A stretch of 62,640 nt of DNA, counting the filler. It is 8 parts of 8 records of this genome, joined end to end, with 100 filler letters (N's around TTAATTAATTAA, not from the genome) between each part and the next. Parts side by side here need not be neighbours in the genome. Positions count along the whole stretch, not along the records: positions 29,451 to 42,294 come from SRR31156797_4376; positions 42,395 to 47,519 come from SRR31156797_4385; positions 47,620 to 57,040 come from SRR31156797_4393; 5 more parts are not named here. One strand, written 5' to 3'. Numbering within the stretch: the stretch's first letter is position 1; each line of letters opens with the position of its first letter. The translations under genes and the position numbers were made by a program. Positions 40,345 through 49,173 of the stretch are shown piece by piece. A model generated the notes under the pieces. That model saw only the letters and a list, made by a program, of their open reading frames with translations, was not told the origin of the DNA and searched no databases.

Positions 40345-41115
40345 TTAATTCAAATGAAAAAAAGCAGCGTTATTATTTATATGTCTTGAGATATCTTTCA
40401 AAAAGAATTCAAGATTTTGATTTCCTAACCATCTTTTATCAATTTGAATTGTAACGGGCACAATATCTCTGGTTTTTAGTTCGTAATCAAGTAACCTGCT
40501 TTTTTGAAACATGGCACCAATGGCCATTTGGATATGGTGGTTATCTATATTATTGGTTGTGTCATTATAAGTTCCCGTGGTGCTAATATAGCTAAAGGCA
40601 CTATTCCCAACTGCTTTATAAGCCTGGCGAGGGTTTCTTATAAAGAATCGCCATAGTTTTTTTCGTATAAAAATCGGCAGCCGTACAAGGCTTTTGAGCC
40701 AGTTTTTTTGATTTTTAAGTCTGAGCAGCAATCTATCTTTGGAAACAGATCCTTTGGCTAAACCAATTTGTTTTGAAAGCTCTTCTATACTTTTTTTGTT
40801 GGCGTTGCTAACGGTCAGTGGAACAGTAAAGTAGTTGTTGTTAATTTTCTTTTCCAGCCACATGTCATAATGAATGGCTTTAGGGTATTCATGTAAAACC
40901 TGATCACAAAAAGCTGAAGTAAATAATTTTACAATCCATGCTGAAGTATTGATCTTTTCTCCTTTATACTGCTTGGCTTTAATGGCTTTTCGCACCTCTG
41001 TGAGGTCCATTTCAAATAAGGCATTAATAATATTTTCATTTGAATTATTCACGAAGCTATCTGCCAAAGTAATGGTGTTACCCGGAATAAATAAGGGTTG
41101 ATTTTTTAAAGTCAT
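40345..41115 (-). CDS. Degenerate 2-oxoacid dehydrogenase acyltransferase-like (CAT-fold) protein
   Basis: ALFEMDLTEVR...NANKKSIEELS...MAIGAM...VTIQIDKRWLG pattern; the DHxxxDG motif is absent. Confidence 0.55.
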   Translation of the reverse strand: MTLKNQPLFIPGNTITLADSFVNNSNENIINALFEMDLTEVRKAIKAKQYKGEKINTSAWIVKLFTSAFCDQVLHEYPKAIHYDMWLEKKINNNYFTVPLTVSNANKKSIEELSKQIGLAKGSVSKDRLLLRLKNQKNWLKSLVRLPIFIRKKLWRFFIRNPRQAYKAVGNSAFSYISTTGTYNDTTNNIDNHHIQMAIGAMFQKSRLLDYELKTRDIVPVTIQIDKRWLGNQNLEFFLKDISRHINNNAAFFHLN

Positions 41116-41473
41116 ATTAGTAAGAATAACCTATTTATTGAAATTAATCACTTAAAACTGTTCATTGGTATAAATATACGAGCCGTTTATGGATAAGTTA
41201 CCTTTTTAGAAAGAAATATTGAGACTTTTTATTCACAATGTTAAAGTGTGCAGGTAGTCAGGATGTTACAAAAAAAAATGCGACTTCGGGATGAAATCGC
41301 ATTTCTCTATATGTTGATTGTTTTTTATTCCGATTATTCGTTGATTTGCTTACTATAATAAGCTGTTTTGGGTGTTTTATTAACAAATAATCGAATGACC
41401 AAATCAACTAAATCTAAAATTAACCCAATATTGAAAAGTTTCAATTCTGTGATTTGGTTCTAATATTAATCTT

Positions 41474-42073
41474 TTATTCTTTACCAAGCACTTGCTTTAC
41501 AATTCTGGTAATATATTTACCGATAATATCAAATTCAATATTTACAGTTGTACCTACCTCATAGGTTTTGAAAACTGTATGTTCATATGTAAAAGGAATT
41601 ACAGCAACCTGAAATGATTTTTCTTTACTGTTTACTACTGTCATACTTACACCATCAATTGAAACTGAACCTTTTTCGACTGTTACATTGTCTCCTTTTG
41701 GTTCATATTTGAAGCTGAAATACCAGCTACCATCTGCTTCTTCCACATTAGTTACTGTAGCAGTTTGGTCAACGTGTCCCTGTACCATATGTCCATCAAG
41801 ACGGCCATCCGCTTTTACTGAGCGCTCCAGGTTAACAAGGCTTCCTGGTTCTAAACTACCCAGACTGCTTTTTAATAATGTTTCTTTTACTGCTGTTACG
41901 GTATAATCATTTTCTGTTATGTCAACCACTGTAAGGCACACTCCATTGTGAGAGATACTCTGATCAATAGCTAATTCGTTAACAAATGAGCAGGTAATTG
42001 TGATATGCACATTTTCCTGATCTTTTTCAACTTTTACAACCTTACCGGTTTCTTCAACTATTCCTGAAAACAT
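41474..42073 (-). CDS. ribE: Riboflavin synthase (alpha chain)
   Basis: MFSGIVEE, NGVCLTV, VNLER, GHMVQGHVD. Confidence 0.95.
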   Translation of the reverse strand: MFSGIVEETGKVVKVEKDQENVHITITCSFVNELAIDQSISHNGVCLTVVDITENDYTVTAVKETLLKSSLGSLEPGSLVNLERSVKADGRLDGHMVQGHVDQTATVTNVEEADGSWYFSFKYEPKGDNVTVEKGSVSIDGVSMTVVNSKEKSFQVAVIPFTYEHTVFKTYEVGTTVNIEFDIIGKYITRIVKQVLGKE

Positions 42074-42294
42074 ATCTTAAATGTTTAAAATTATTATGTT
42101 GCGAAAATAGCTATTATGAAGCAGATATCACAAAAATTTATTCTACAATCCAGATTAATTATTCTTTGCTAGACGGGTTTTACCATTTTAAAGATTGAAA
42201 TTTCATTTAGTGCTATAATTAGATTTCACTTAACCACTAGTTTCGATTGGCCTAAGTATTTTATGCGGGCACCTTCTTACTTGAAGATTTCGGC

Positions 42295-42394
42295 NNNNNN
42301 NNNNNNNNNNNNNNNNNNNNNNNNNNNNNNNNNNNNNNTTAATTAATTAANNNNNNNNNNNNNNNNNNNNNNNNNNNNNNNNNNNNNNNNNNNN
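42295..42394. other. Artificial contig spacer
   Basis: N44-TTAATTAATTAA-N44. Confidence 0.98.
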
Positions 42395-42508
42395 ATTGAT
42401 CAGCTGGATGATACCGTAAACCATTGTGTAGCCCAGGGCGATAAGGGCGTAGATGCTTCCCCGGGTGAGACCCCCGAAAAAAAGCTGTGTAAAATAATCA
42501 AAATCCAT
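42395..42508 (-). CDS. livH: Branched-chain amino acid ABC permease, N-terminal fragment
   Basis: GSIYALIALGYTMVYGIIQLIN motif. Confidence 0.9.
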
Positions 42509-42614
42509 AAAAACCTGCTTTGTTGGCCGGTGGTTCAATGCCTGTTCATGCAACAAAGGGGGACAGGCAGCACGCCTGCCCCCCGGGGTGATTCATCCCA
42601 AGATAGAGCGACGG

Positions 42615-43739
42615 TTATTTCTGCTCTACAAAGACACCGTTCCCGACCCTGTAGACAGAAAAGCCGATACCGGTGGCATCACCGTGCTCGTCAAACCGGA
42701 TCTTGCCAAGGGGGGTATCCACATACTCGGTCTGCAGCATCTTGACAATGGTGTCATAATCGGTGGATCCGGCCTTGTCGATGGCGTTCAGCAGGGCCAG
42801 GGCAGCGGAGTAGGCCGCCTCAAAGAATGCGCCCGGGTCCGAACCATAGGCGTCCTGGTGCTCTTTCTTGGCCTGGATGGCAAGGGGGTTCTTGGAGATA
42901 TCCATGGGACCTGTGGCATAGACGCCTTCGGCATACTTGCCGGCCACCTTGATGAAAGTGTCGTCCTTGACGCCGTCACCGCCAATGAAAGCGGTCTTCA
43001 TCCTCTTTTTTCTCATGAGGGAGACGATCTTGGAGGCCTCGGGATGGTAGCCGCCCCAGACAACCAGGTCGGGCTTGAAGCGACGGACCTTGTTTACGAT
43101 GGCGGAGTAGTCCACCGCGCCCGGGGTCACGCCTTCGAACAGGACCACCTCAACCCCTGCCTCGGTGAAATATTTCCGGGCAAGCTCGGCCTGGCCCTTG
43201 CCGTAATCGCCCTTATCGTGAAGCACGGCGATCTTCTTGACCTTGAGCTCTTTTGTGGCGAACTTCACCTGGAGCTGTGCCTGGACCGCATCGTGGGCAA
43301 TGGTTCTGAAAAAGTTGGGATACTCCCCGCTCAGGGTGAGATCCGGGGTGGTTGCCGAAGGAGACATGGCAACGATCTTGGCATCCTTGTAGAAGCCCAG
43401 GCCCGCCTTGGTGGCGCCGGAGCAGATATGGCCGAGGATGACATCGGCACCGTCGGAGACAAGCTTTGTGGCAGAGTTGCCGGCAACCTCAGGCTTGCAG
43501 ACATCATCTTCCACCAGCAGTTCCACCTGCTTGCCAAGCACGCCGCCCTGGGCGTTGATCTTCTTGACCACAAGCTCGGCGGCCTTTACCGTGGGCAGGC
43601 CGTAGGAGGCCAGGTCACCACTGTGGGCCCCCGGCACTCCCAGCTTGATTGTTTCTGCGGCAAAACAACTTCCGGTCAGTGCAACCGATGTAAACAGTAG
43701 AGTCGATAAAACGGCAAACAGTTTCCCCATCTTTTTCAT
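42615..43739 (-). CDS. livK: Branched-chain amino acid ABC substrate-binding protein
   Basis: Signal peptide, INAQGGVLG, DDVCKP, GHICSGAT, DKGDYGKG; AGGAGAGG RBS. Confidence 0.9.
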   Translation of the reverse strand: MKKMGKLFAVLSTLLFTSVALTGSCFAAETIKLGVPGAHSGDLASYGLPTVKAAELVVKKINAQGGVLGKQVELLVEDDVCKPEVAGNSATKLVSDGADVILGHICSGATKAGLGFYKDAKIVAMSPSATTPDLTLSGEYPNFFRTIAHDAVQAQLQVKFATKELKVKKIAVLHDKGDYGKGQAELARKYFTEAGVEVVLFEGVTPGAVDYSAIVNKVRRFKPDLVVWGGYHPEASKIVSLMRKKRMKTAFIGGDGVKDDTFIKVAGKYAEGVYATGPMDISKNPLAIQAKKEHQDAYGSDPGAFFEAAYSAALALLNAIDKAGSTDYDTIVKMLQTEYVDTPLGKIRFDEHGDATGIGFSVYRVGNGVFVEQK

Positions 43740-43796
43740 AAACCTCTCCTTCACGTAAAAATTGATTTAACCCAAAACTCTCTTATTAACCTATGT

Positions 43797-43825
43797 TCTA
43801 TACTTAGACAAGGGCCCAGAGTCAA
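43797..43825 (-). promoter_or_regulatory. sigma70-type promoter of livK
   Basis: Minus strand TTGACT-N17-TATAGA. Confidence 0.55.
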
Positions 43826-43987
43826 CGGAAATCAAGGGATTAGCAAAAAAATCACACCGGTCTCCGGCAAGAAATTTTAAAAAGATCTTGCTTCTTTGAT
43901 CCCCTCTTCTGTAAAAAGACAACTATTGATAACAGGGCGTGAAACACGGCCCATTACCAAAAAAAATTTAATACTCGAGTTTATATT

Positions 43988-44818
43988 ATGAAACAGTGCA
44001 TTGGTCTGGTGATAAAGAGGGATGAACGCGCAAGGAAAATGGCCCTGAAGCTTGAAGCGTGGCTGATCAAACAAGGGGTCGACGTGGTGCTTGCAGACGA
44101 CATCACCTCCACTAAGCTTCCCTGCAACCTGTTCTGCGTCATCGTCCTTGGCGGCGACGGCACCTTTTTGAGTGCCGCGCGCCTGGTGGGCAGCAAAGAC
44201 ATTCCCCTCATGGGCATCAAATTCGGCGAAGTGGGATTCCTGGCTGAAACCATCGAGGATGACCTGTTTGAAGCGGTTCAGGCGGTCCTTGACAACCAGT
44301 TCACCATTGAAGAGCGCATGCGCCTCAACGTCACCGTGGAAAGGGACGGCAAGGCCGTTGCATCGGTGGATGTGCTCAACGACATGGTGCTCAACAAGGG
44401 CGCCCTTTCGCGACTGGCCTATTGCGGGGTGGACATCAACGGCAACTACCTGACCACCTACAAGGCCGACGGGCTCATCGTGGGCACCCCCACCGGGTCC
44501 ACGGCGTATTCCCTGGCCGCCGGCGGCCCCGTGATCCACCCGGCCGTGCCCGGCATTATCCTCACCCCCATCTGCCCCTTTACCCTGACGAACCGCCCCC
44601 TCATCATCCCCGACACTTCGGAGGTGGCCATCCGGCTCGACGGCGATCCCACGGACATCGTCCTCACCTTTGACGGCCAGGAAGGAATGGACATCGGCAG
44701 CAGGGACCGGATCGTGGTTAAAAAGAGCGACAACTCCGTCAAGATGCTCTCCCTTTCAGACCTGAACTACTTCAAGGTCCTCAAGGCAAGGCTCCTGTGG
44801 TCCGGCGGCAGGGGATAG
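43988..44818 (+). CDS. nadK: NAD kinase
   Basis: LGGDGT, LND, ADGLIVGTPTGSTAYSLAAGGP. Confidence 0.95.
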   Translation: MKQCIGLVIKRDERARKMALKLEAWLIKQGVDVVLADDITSTKLPCNLFCVIVLGGDGTFLSAARLVGSKDIPLMGIKFGEVGFLAETIEDDLFEAVQAVLDNQFTIEERMRLNVTVERDGKAVASVDVLNDMVLNKGALSRLAYCGVDINGNYLTTYKADGLIVGTPTGSTAYSLAAGGPVIHPAVPGIILTPICPFTLTNRPLIIPDTSEVAIRLDGDPTDIVLTFDGQEGMDIGSRDRIVVKKSDNSVKMLSLSDLNYFKVLKARLLWSGGRG

Positions 44819-44830
44819 GGGTAAGGCCCG

Positions 44831-45769
44831 CTATTTTGTAACGGACACCGCAACCGGCTTTCGCTCCCGGTGCTGGCTCAGGAAAATCCCGCCGAACACA
44901 AAAACGCAGGCAATGTATTGCTGGGCGTTCAGGGTTTCGTTCAGGACCACCATTCCCATGATCAGGGTAAAAACCGGAATCAGGTTGATGAATGAGGAGG
45001 CCTGCCCGGCCGGAATCCGGCTGACGCCAAAGCTGTAGCAACCGTAGGCCCCCAGGGTGACCACCGACCCCAGGTACAGAACGGCCAGGGCGGACACCGG
45101 TTCCACCGTGGTCGGCAGGACCGTGGAGGGAAAAAGGAGCGACGGCAGGAAGAAAAGGCTGCCGGCAAAGGCCTGGAGGGCCGTGAGAAACAAGGGGTTG
45201 TACCCCCGGTTGGTGAGCTGCTTGAGCAGGATGCCGTAGCCCGCGGCACACACCATGGCCAGGAATTCAAAAAAGTTGCCCAGGGCGGGGTTGGGGGCTG
45301 TAGCTGTGGCGGAAGCCTGGCCGGCGACACTGAGCCAGCAGGCCCCGGCAACGGAGATCACCATGCCGGCCATGTTCTTGTGGGTCAGCCGCTCCCCCAG
45401 CAGGAAAAAGGCGGCAAAGGAGACCATGAGGGGACACAGGGCCGTGATCATGCCGGCCTGGGACGCAGTGGTCAGCCCCAGGGCCTTTGCCTCGAATATG
45501 AAGTAGAGGCAGGGCTCCACCAGGACCATCAGGGCCAGGGGCCGGATATCTTCCTTCAGGATTTTCACCCCCCGGAACACCTGGGGCAGAAAGAGAAAGC
45601 AAAGGCTCCCCACGACCATGCGGCCGGCGATCACCACCATGGGATGATAATGGACAAAGGCGAGCTTCAGGGCGATGAACGAGCTTGCCCACAACAGGCT
45701 TGCCAACAGCAGGCTTAAATGGGGCAGGATGCCGGAGCGTCTTGGAAAGTTCAAATCAGGGGTCCTCAC
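44831..45769 (-). CDS. EamA/DMT family transporter
   Basis: About 10 TM helices; LLWASSFIA and NLIPVF motifs. Confidence 0.88.
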   Translation of the reverse strand: MRTPDLNFPRRSGILPHLSLLLASLLWASSFIALKLAFVHYHPMVVIAGRMVVGSLCFLFLPQVFRGVKILKEDIRPLALMVLVEPCLYFIFEAKALGLTTASQAGMITALCPLMVSFAAFFLLGERLTHKNMAGMVISVAGACWLSVAGQASATATAPNPALGNFFEFLAMVCAAGYGILLKQLTNRGYNPLFLTALQAFAGSLFFLPSLLFPSTVLPTTVEPVSALAVLYLGSVVTLGAYGCYSFGVSRIPAGQASSFINLIPVFTLIMGMVVLNETLNAQQYIACVFVFGGIFLSQHRERKPVAVSVTK

Positions 45770-45922
45770 GTAAAGTTGAAAACCAACCTCTTATCACTAT
45801 TTCATGTTCATGGAAACAGGAAAAATGCCGGCGCCCTCCATGGGGACAAGTCCCTTATTTTTTTAACAGGCGAAGGTATCAATCCGGAACGCAAATGGAA
45901 ATATGGCCTGGGGTCAGGGAAA

Positions 45923-47236
45923 TTAACGCTTCAGTTTGTCCATCATGATCCGGAGGATGGTCCGGTCGGTGGCAACCATTCCCTGGGAGCTGAGGATGCC
46001 GATATTTTCGATGGTCTTTTGGGCGGACGCGCCCACGATGCCGTCGGTCATCTTCACGGTCAGGCCGTTCATGGCGAACAGGGCCGACCGGACAGCGGTG
46101 GCGGCCGCCGTATCCAGCTTCAGGGCGCAGGAATTCTTGGCCCCGTCACAGATCACTCCGGCAAGGTCCTCGATGATGTTTTCAACAGCGCCCCCGATCT
46201 GATCGCTATCGCCCTTGAGCAGCATGGCAATGGCTGCGGCCGCCCCGGCGCCCGCGGCCACGGAACAGGCGCAGATGGCCGCCAGCCGCCCTGTGTGGGA
46301 CTTGACCCAGGCGGTGACCACATGGCTGAGCCCCACGGCCCTGAGCAACACCTCGTCACTCGACCCCAGATGATCGGCCGCGGCCTTGACCGGCAGGATG
46401 GCGGTGAGACCGTGGTTGCCGCTGCCGGCGGAGCTCATGGCCGGCAGCGCCGCCCCGGCCATCCGGGCATCCGCGGCTGCCGCGGTGAGCACCCGGGCGG
46501 CATGGATCATGTCCGTTGCCATCAGCCCCTGTTCCCCCAGGGCCTCGAGGGTCGATCCCACGGCCAGGCCGCTCTTGTTCGCAAGCCCGTACCGGGCAAG
46601 GGCCATGTTCATGTCGATGCCGGTGCGGATGAACGCAAGATCCTCCGTGTCGAGATCGTCGGCAAGGGAGAGGATGCGCTCCATGGAAAGATCCTTGAGC
46701 CAGCGTTCAAGGTCGGCGGTATTGTTGCCGCCCGTGCCGGCACAGGGGGAAAGCAGGAAATTTTCTTTAACCGGCTCCCCGTTGAGGCTGAGGGAGACGA
46801 TGTTGTCATGGAGCCCCTGGATCACGGATTCGGCAATATCGCCCCCGGCCACGATCCGGGTTCTGACAAACAACCCCCTGTGATCCGCCATGAGGTTCAC
46901 CGTTACCCGGCCCTGGTCCACCAGGGTGACGGCCTTGTCCACATCCGCCTGTGTGACCGGTTGCAGCACCTCCATCCTGAGCCTGGGATTGCCCGCCAGG
47001 GCCCCCAGGGCCGAGGCAAGATCAAGGCCCGAACGGCCACGGGTACCGGGAATCGATACGGCCAGGCCGTTCTTGAAGATGTTGGGATCCAGCCAGGTTT
47101 CGATGCGCTCCATGGCATCCCGGCCGGGGAGAAGGGAAGCGGCGGCCGCCGCACCCAGGGCGATGGCGGTGGGTTCGGTGCACCCAAGGGCCGGCGCAAC
47201 CTCGAGCCTTAAAAGTTCTTTGACACTATACATCAT
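45923..47236 (-). CDS. L-cysteine desulfidase-like (CyuA/YhaM, UPF0597) Fe-S protein
   Basis: PALGCTEP, ARMAG, SAGSGNHG, ICAC, GVICDGAKNSCA. Confidence 0.85.
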   Translation of the reverse strand: MMYSVKELLRLEVAPALGCTEPTAIALGAAAAASLLPGRDAMERIETWLDPNIFKNGLAVSIPGTRGRSGLDLASALGALAGNPRLRMEVLQPVTQADVDKAVTLVDQGRVTVNLMADHRGLFVRTRIVAGGDIAESVIQGLHDNIVSLSLNGEPVKENFLLSPCAGTGGNNTADLERWLKDLSMERILSLADDLDTEDLAFIRTGIDMNMALARYGLANKSGLAVGSTLEALGEQGLMATDMIHAARVLTAAAADARMAGAALPAMSSAGSGNHGLTAILPVKAAADHLGSSDEVLLRAVGLSHVVTAWVKSHTGRLAAICACSVAAGAGAAAAIAMLLKGDSDQIGGAVENIIEDLAGVICDGAKNSCALKLDTAAATAVRSALFAMNGLTVKMTDGIVGASAQKTIENIGILSSQGMVATDRTILRIMMDKLKR

Positions 47237-47248
47237 GGCACCCCCTCA

Positions 47249-47519
47249 CTACTCGTTACTTACGGAAGATCCCCAGATATCCACGATCTTTGTGTTGCCC
47301 GGATAATCAACGGTCTTGTACTTTGTTATCCGGGAGAGCCGCTTGGTGATGGCGCCGATCCGGGTGATCTGGCTGCGGATCGTATCCAGATCCCGGCTGG
47401 GCAGGGTGTCGGTATTCCGGTCCAGCATGATCAGCTCAAAAGCGCCCAGGATCGCCTGGAGGGGCTGGTTGAGCTCGTGGCAGACGGCACCGGCCATCTC
47501 AAGCACCCCCTGGAGTTTT
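47249..47519 (-). CDS. C-terminus of a signalling protein ending in a HisKA-like domain (5' truncated)
   Basis: EMAGAVCHELNQPLQ H-box; the ORF ends about 70 aa later without an HATPase domain. Confidence 0.75.
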
Positions 47520-47619
47520 NNNNNNNNNNNNNNNNNNNNNNNNNNNNNNNNNNNNNNNNNNNNTTAATTAATTAANNNNNNNNNNNNNNNNNNNNNNNNN
47601 NNNNNNNNNNNNNNNNNNN
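47520..47619. other. Artificial contig spacer
   Basis: N44-TTAATTAATTAA-N44. Confidence 0.98.
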
Positions 47620-47823
47620 TCCCAACACCTGCGCGCCTCGCTCGGCAAGCGCTCGCGAGATACGCCCATAGCCACAAGGCGCATCCAGCACCTTGCTCCC
47701 AGTATCTAAGCATAGTACTGTCCACAAACCAGCAACCTGCTGCTCGGTCTTGCCCGGCACCTCTACGTTCTCCCAGAGGTGAAGATAATCGGCATCAAAG
47801 AAGCTCTGCCACCAATTACTCAT
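47620..47823 (-). CDS. Class I SAM-dependent methyltransferase, N-terminal part (cassette-like gene)
   Basis: KVLDAPCGYGRIS motif I; AGGAGG RBS. Confidence 0.85.
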
Positions 47824-47875
47824 CGTTCAACCCTCCTGATGTTGCCGTACTGGATGCGTCGTGAATTGCTCGAAT

Positions 47876-48005
47876 GCCCAATGGCGGAATTGAGAGGCCG
47901 GGAAACGCCTACCCGAAGCATAGTTGGTGCCCCGGCATGCCGTCAAATGATGCCTTTTTAAAAAGCCGCACCCTTTCCCGGTCCCTCTCAAATGACTTGA
48001 ACTAA
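47876..48005 (-). mobile_element. Degenerate integron attC site
   Basis: Minus strand CAAGTCATTTGAGAGGGACCGGGAAA...TTTCCCGGCCTCTCAATTCCGCCATTGGGC has attC L''/L' arms with extra unpaired bases; R' reads ATTGGGC instead of GTTRRRY. Confidence 0.65.
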
Positions 48006-48028
48006 TCCTTTATTTGTTCGATGCCCGT

Positions 48029-48454
48029 TTATTCAAGATATCCTTTTTCTTTGGACAACTCAGGGTTTGGAAATCTACCCATGCCTGTTTTTAAATTACC
48101 AAAACCAAATTTACGATAAAAATCTTGTTTGCCTGGTACTGCGTATATCAATACCGGTGCATTTCTCGGCAATCTCTGTAAAAGGGCGTTCATAATAGAT
48201 TTGCCGATTCCCTGATTCTGAAATTCGGGCAATACAACTACATCATATATAGCTGATTGATATTGCCCATCCGAAATGGCACGGCCAAAACCCACGATCC
48301 TTTTGCCAATAAAAGCAGAACAAACTGCAAAACTATTTTCTGCTGCAGCTTTCAGCTTATCAGGTTCACGTGTGCCGAGTGGGGCGAGTCTAAATACCTC
48401 ACACAATGCTACCCAATCGATATTGTTTATTCCGTATTCAATTGAGATATTCAT
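48029..48454 (-). CDS. GNAT N-acetyltransferase (cassette-like gene)
   Basis: VGFGRAISDG, IYDVVVLPEFQNQGIGK, FYRKFGF; AT-rich relative to the host genes. Confidence 0.9.
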   Translation of the reverse strand: MNISIEYGINNIDWVALCEVFRLAPLGTREPDKLKAAAENSFAVCSAFIGKRIVGFGRAISDGQYQSAIYDVVVLPEFQNQGIGKSIMNALLQRLPRNAPVLIYAVPGKQDFYRKFGFGNLKTGMGRFPNPELSKEKGYLE

Positions 48455-48463
48455 AGTTATTCA

Positions 48464-48540
48464 GGGCATCGACAGTTTGGATAGGTGGAAAATTTCCATA
48501 TATTGCCCTTATAGAATGGGAATAATTTCCATCTATTCCG
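48464..48540 (-). mobile_element. Second attC-like remnant upstream of the GNAT gene
   Basis: Imperfect inverted repeat GGATAGGTGGAAAATTT/AATTTCCATCTATTCC ending in GTCGATGCCC, complementary to GGGCATCGAAC after the GNAT stop. Confidence 0.5.
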
Positions 48541-49049
48541 ATATTATCAATGAAACATGGAAAAATAACCATTGAATTTTCCATGTATTGCGTTCTAGAA
48601 ACGATAGCATGAAAAATTCAAAATAATCCGAACGGATTCAAATCTTGGTCTCATGGATCATGTTCCACATGCGCTACCACCACTATTCATAATCAACTCA
48701 GATGTCTGTAATCTTCGATTCCGTGGCTTCCTAATCTCTCGATTTGCTTCAAAGATTTTCACTCCCGGCAGTCGGAATTTCATCTGCCGGAGCCGATATG
48801 GCGGTTTTGATGGGATGGCCCATGGGATACCTTCGGCAGATCGGTTAGGGGTTGTATTGATGGAACAGCTATGCAATTGGGATAATATTTCAAGGACAAG
48901 AAAGTCAAGTGGAAATTTCGGTAGGGATTGGGGCTTACTGAGGCTTTCCCATATAGGGGAGGAAGTTCTACCCATTTTCTTCTGTAACAATAGAAACATG
49001 GGCCGATTTGCGGATTCAGGAAAGGCTGGTGACGCGATGTCTGAAAAGT

Positions 49050-49107
49050 CGCAAAGGCGCAAAGAGAAAACGAAATGAACTTATCTTAATTTTTTTGCGC
49101 CTTTGCG
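49050..49107. repeat. Intergenic inverted repeat
   Basis: CGCAAAGGCGCAAA ... TTTGCGCCTTTGCG perfect 14-bp arms downstream of ilvE. Confidence 0.65.
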
Positions 49108-49173
49108 TGAAAATTTGGGGGGCTAAGGTTTATCCGGGGGCAGGCATCAAAAACGAGGCCTTGCCATTTTGAA

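Noticed and set aside
42588..43700. 370-aa plus-strand ORF
   Set aside because: Antisense shadow of livK.
45719..47212. 497-aa plus-strand ORF
   Set aside because: Antisense shadow of the cysteine desulfidase-like gene in high-GC DNA.
48653..49078. Overlapping 141-aa (+) and 134-aa (-) ORFs
   Set aside because: No RBS or recognisable domain and both run into an inverted repeat; more likely decayed non-coding DNA.
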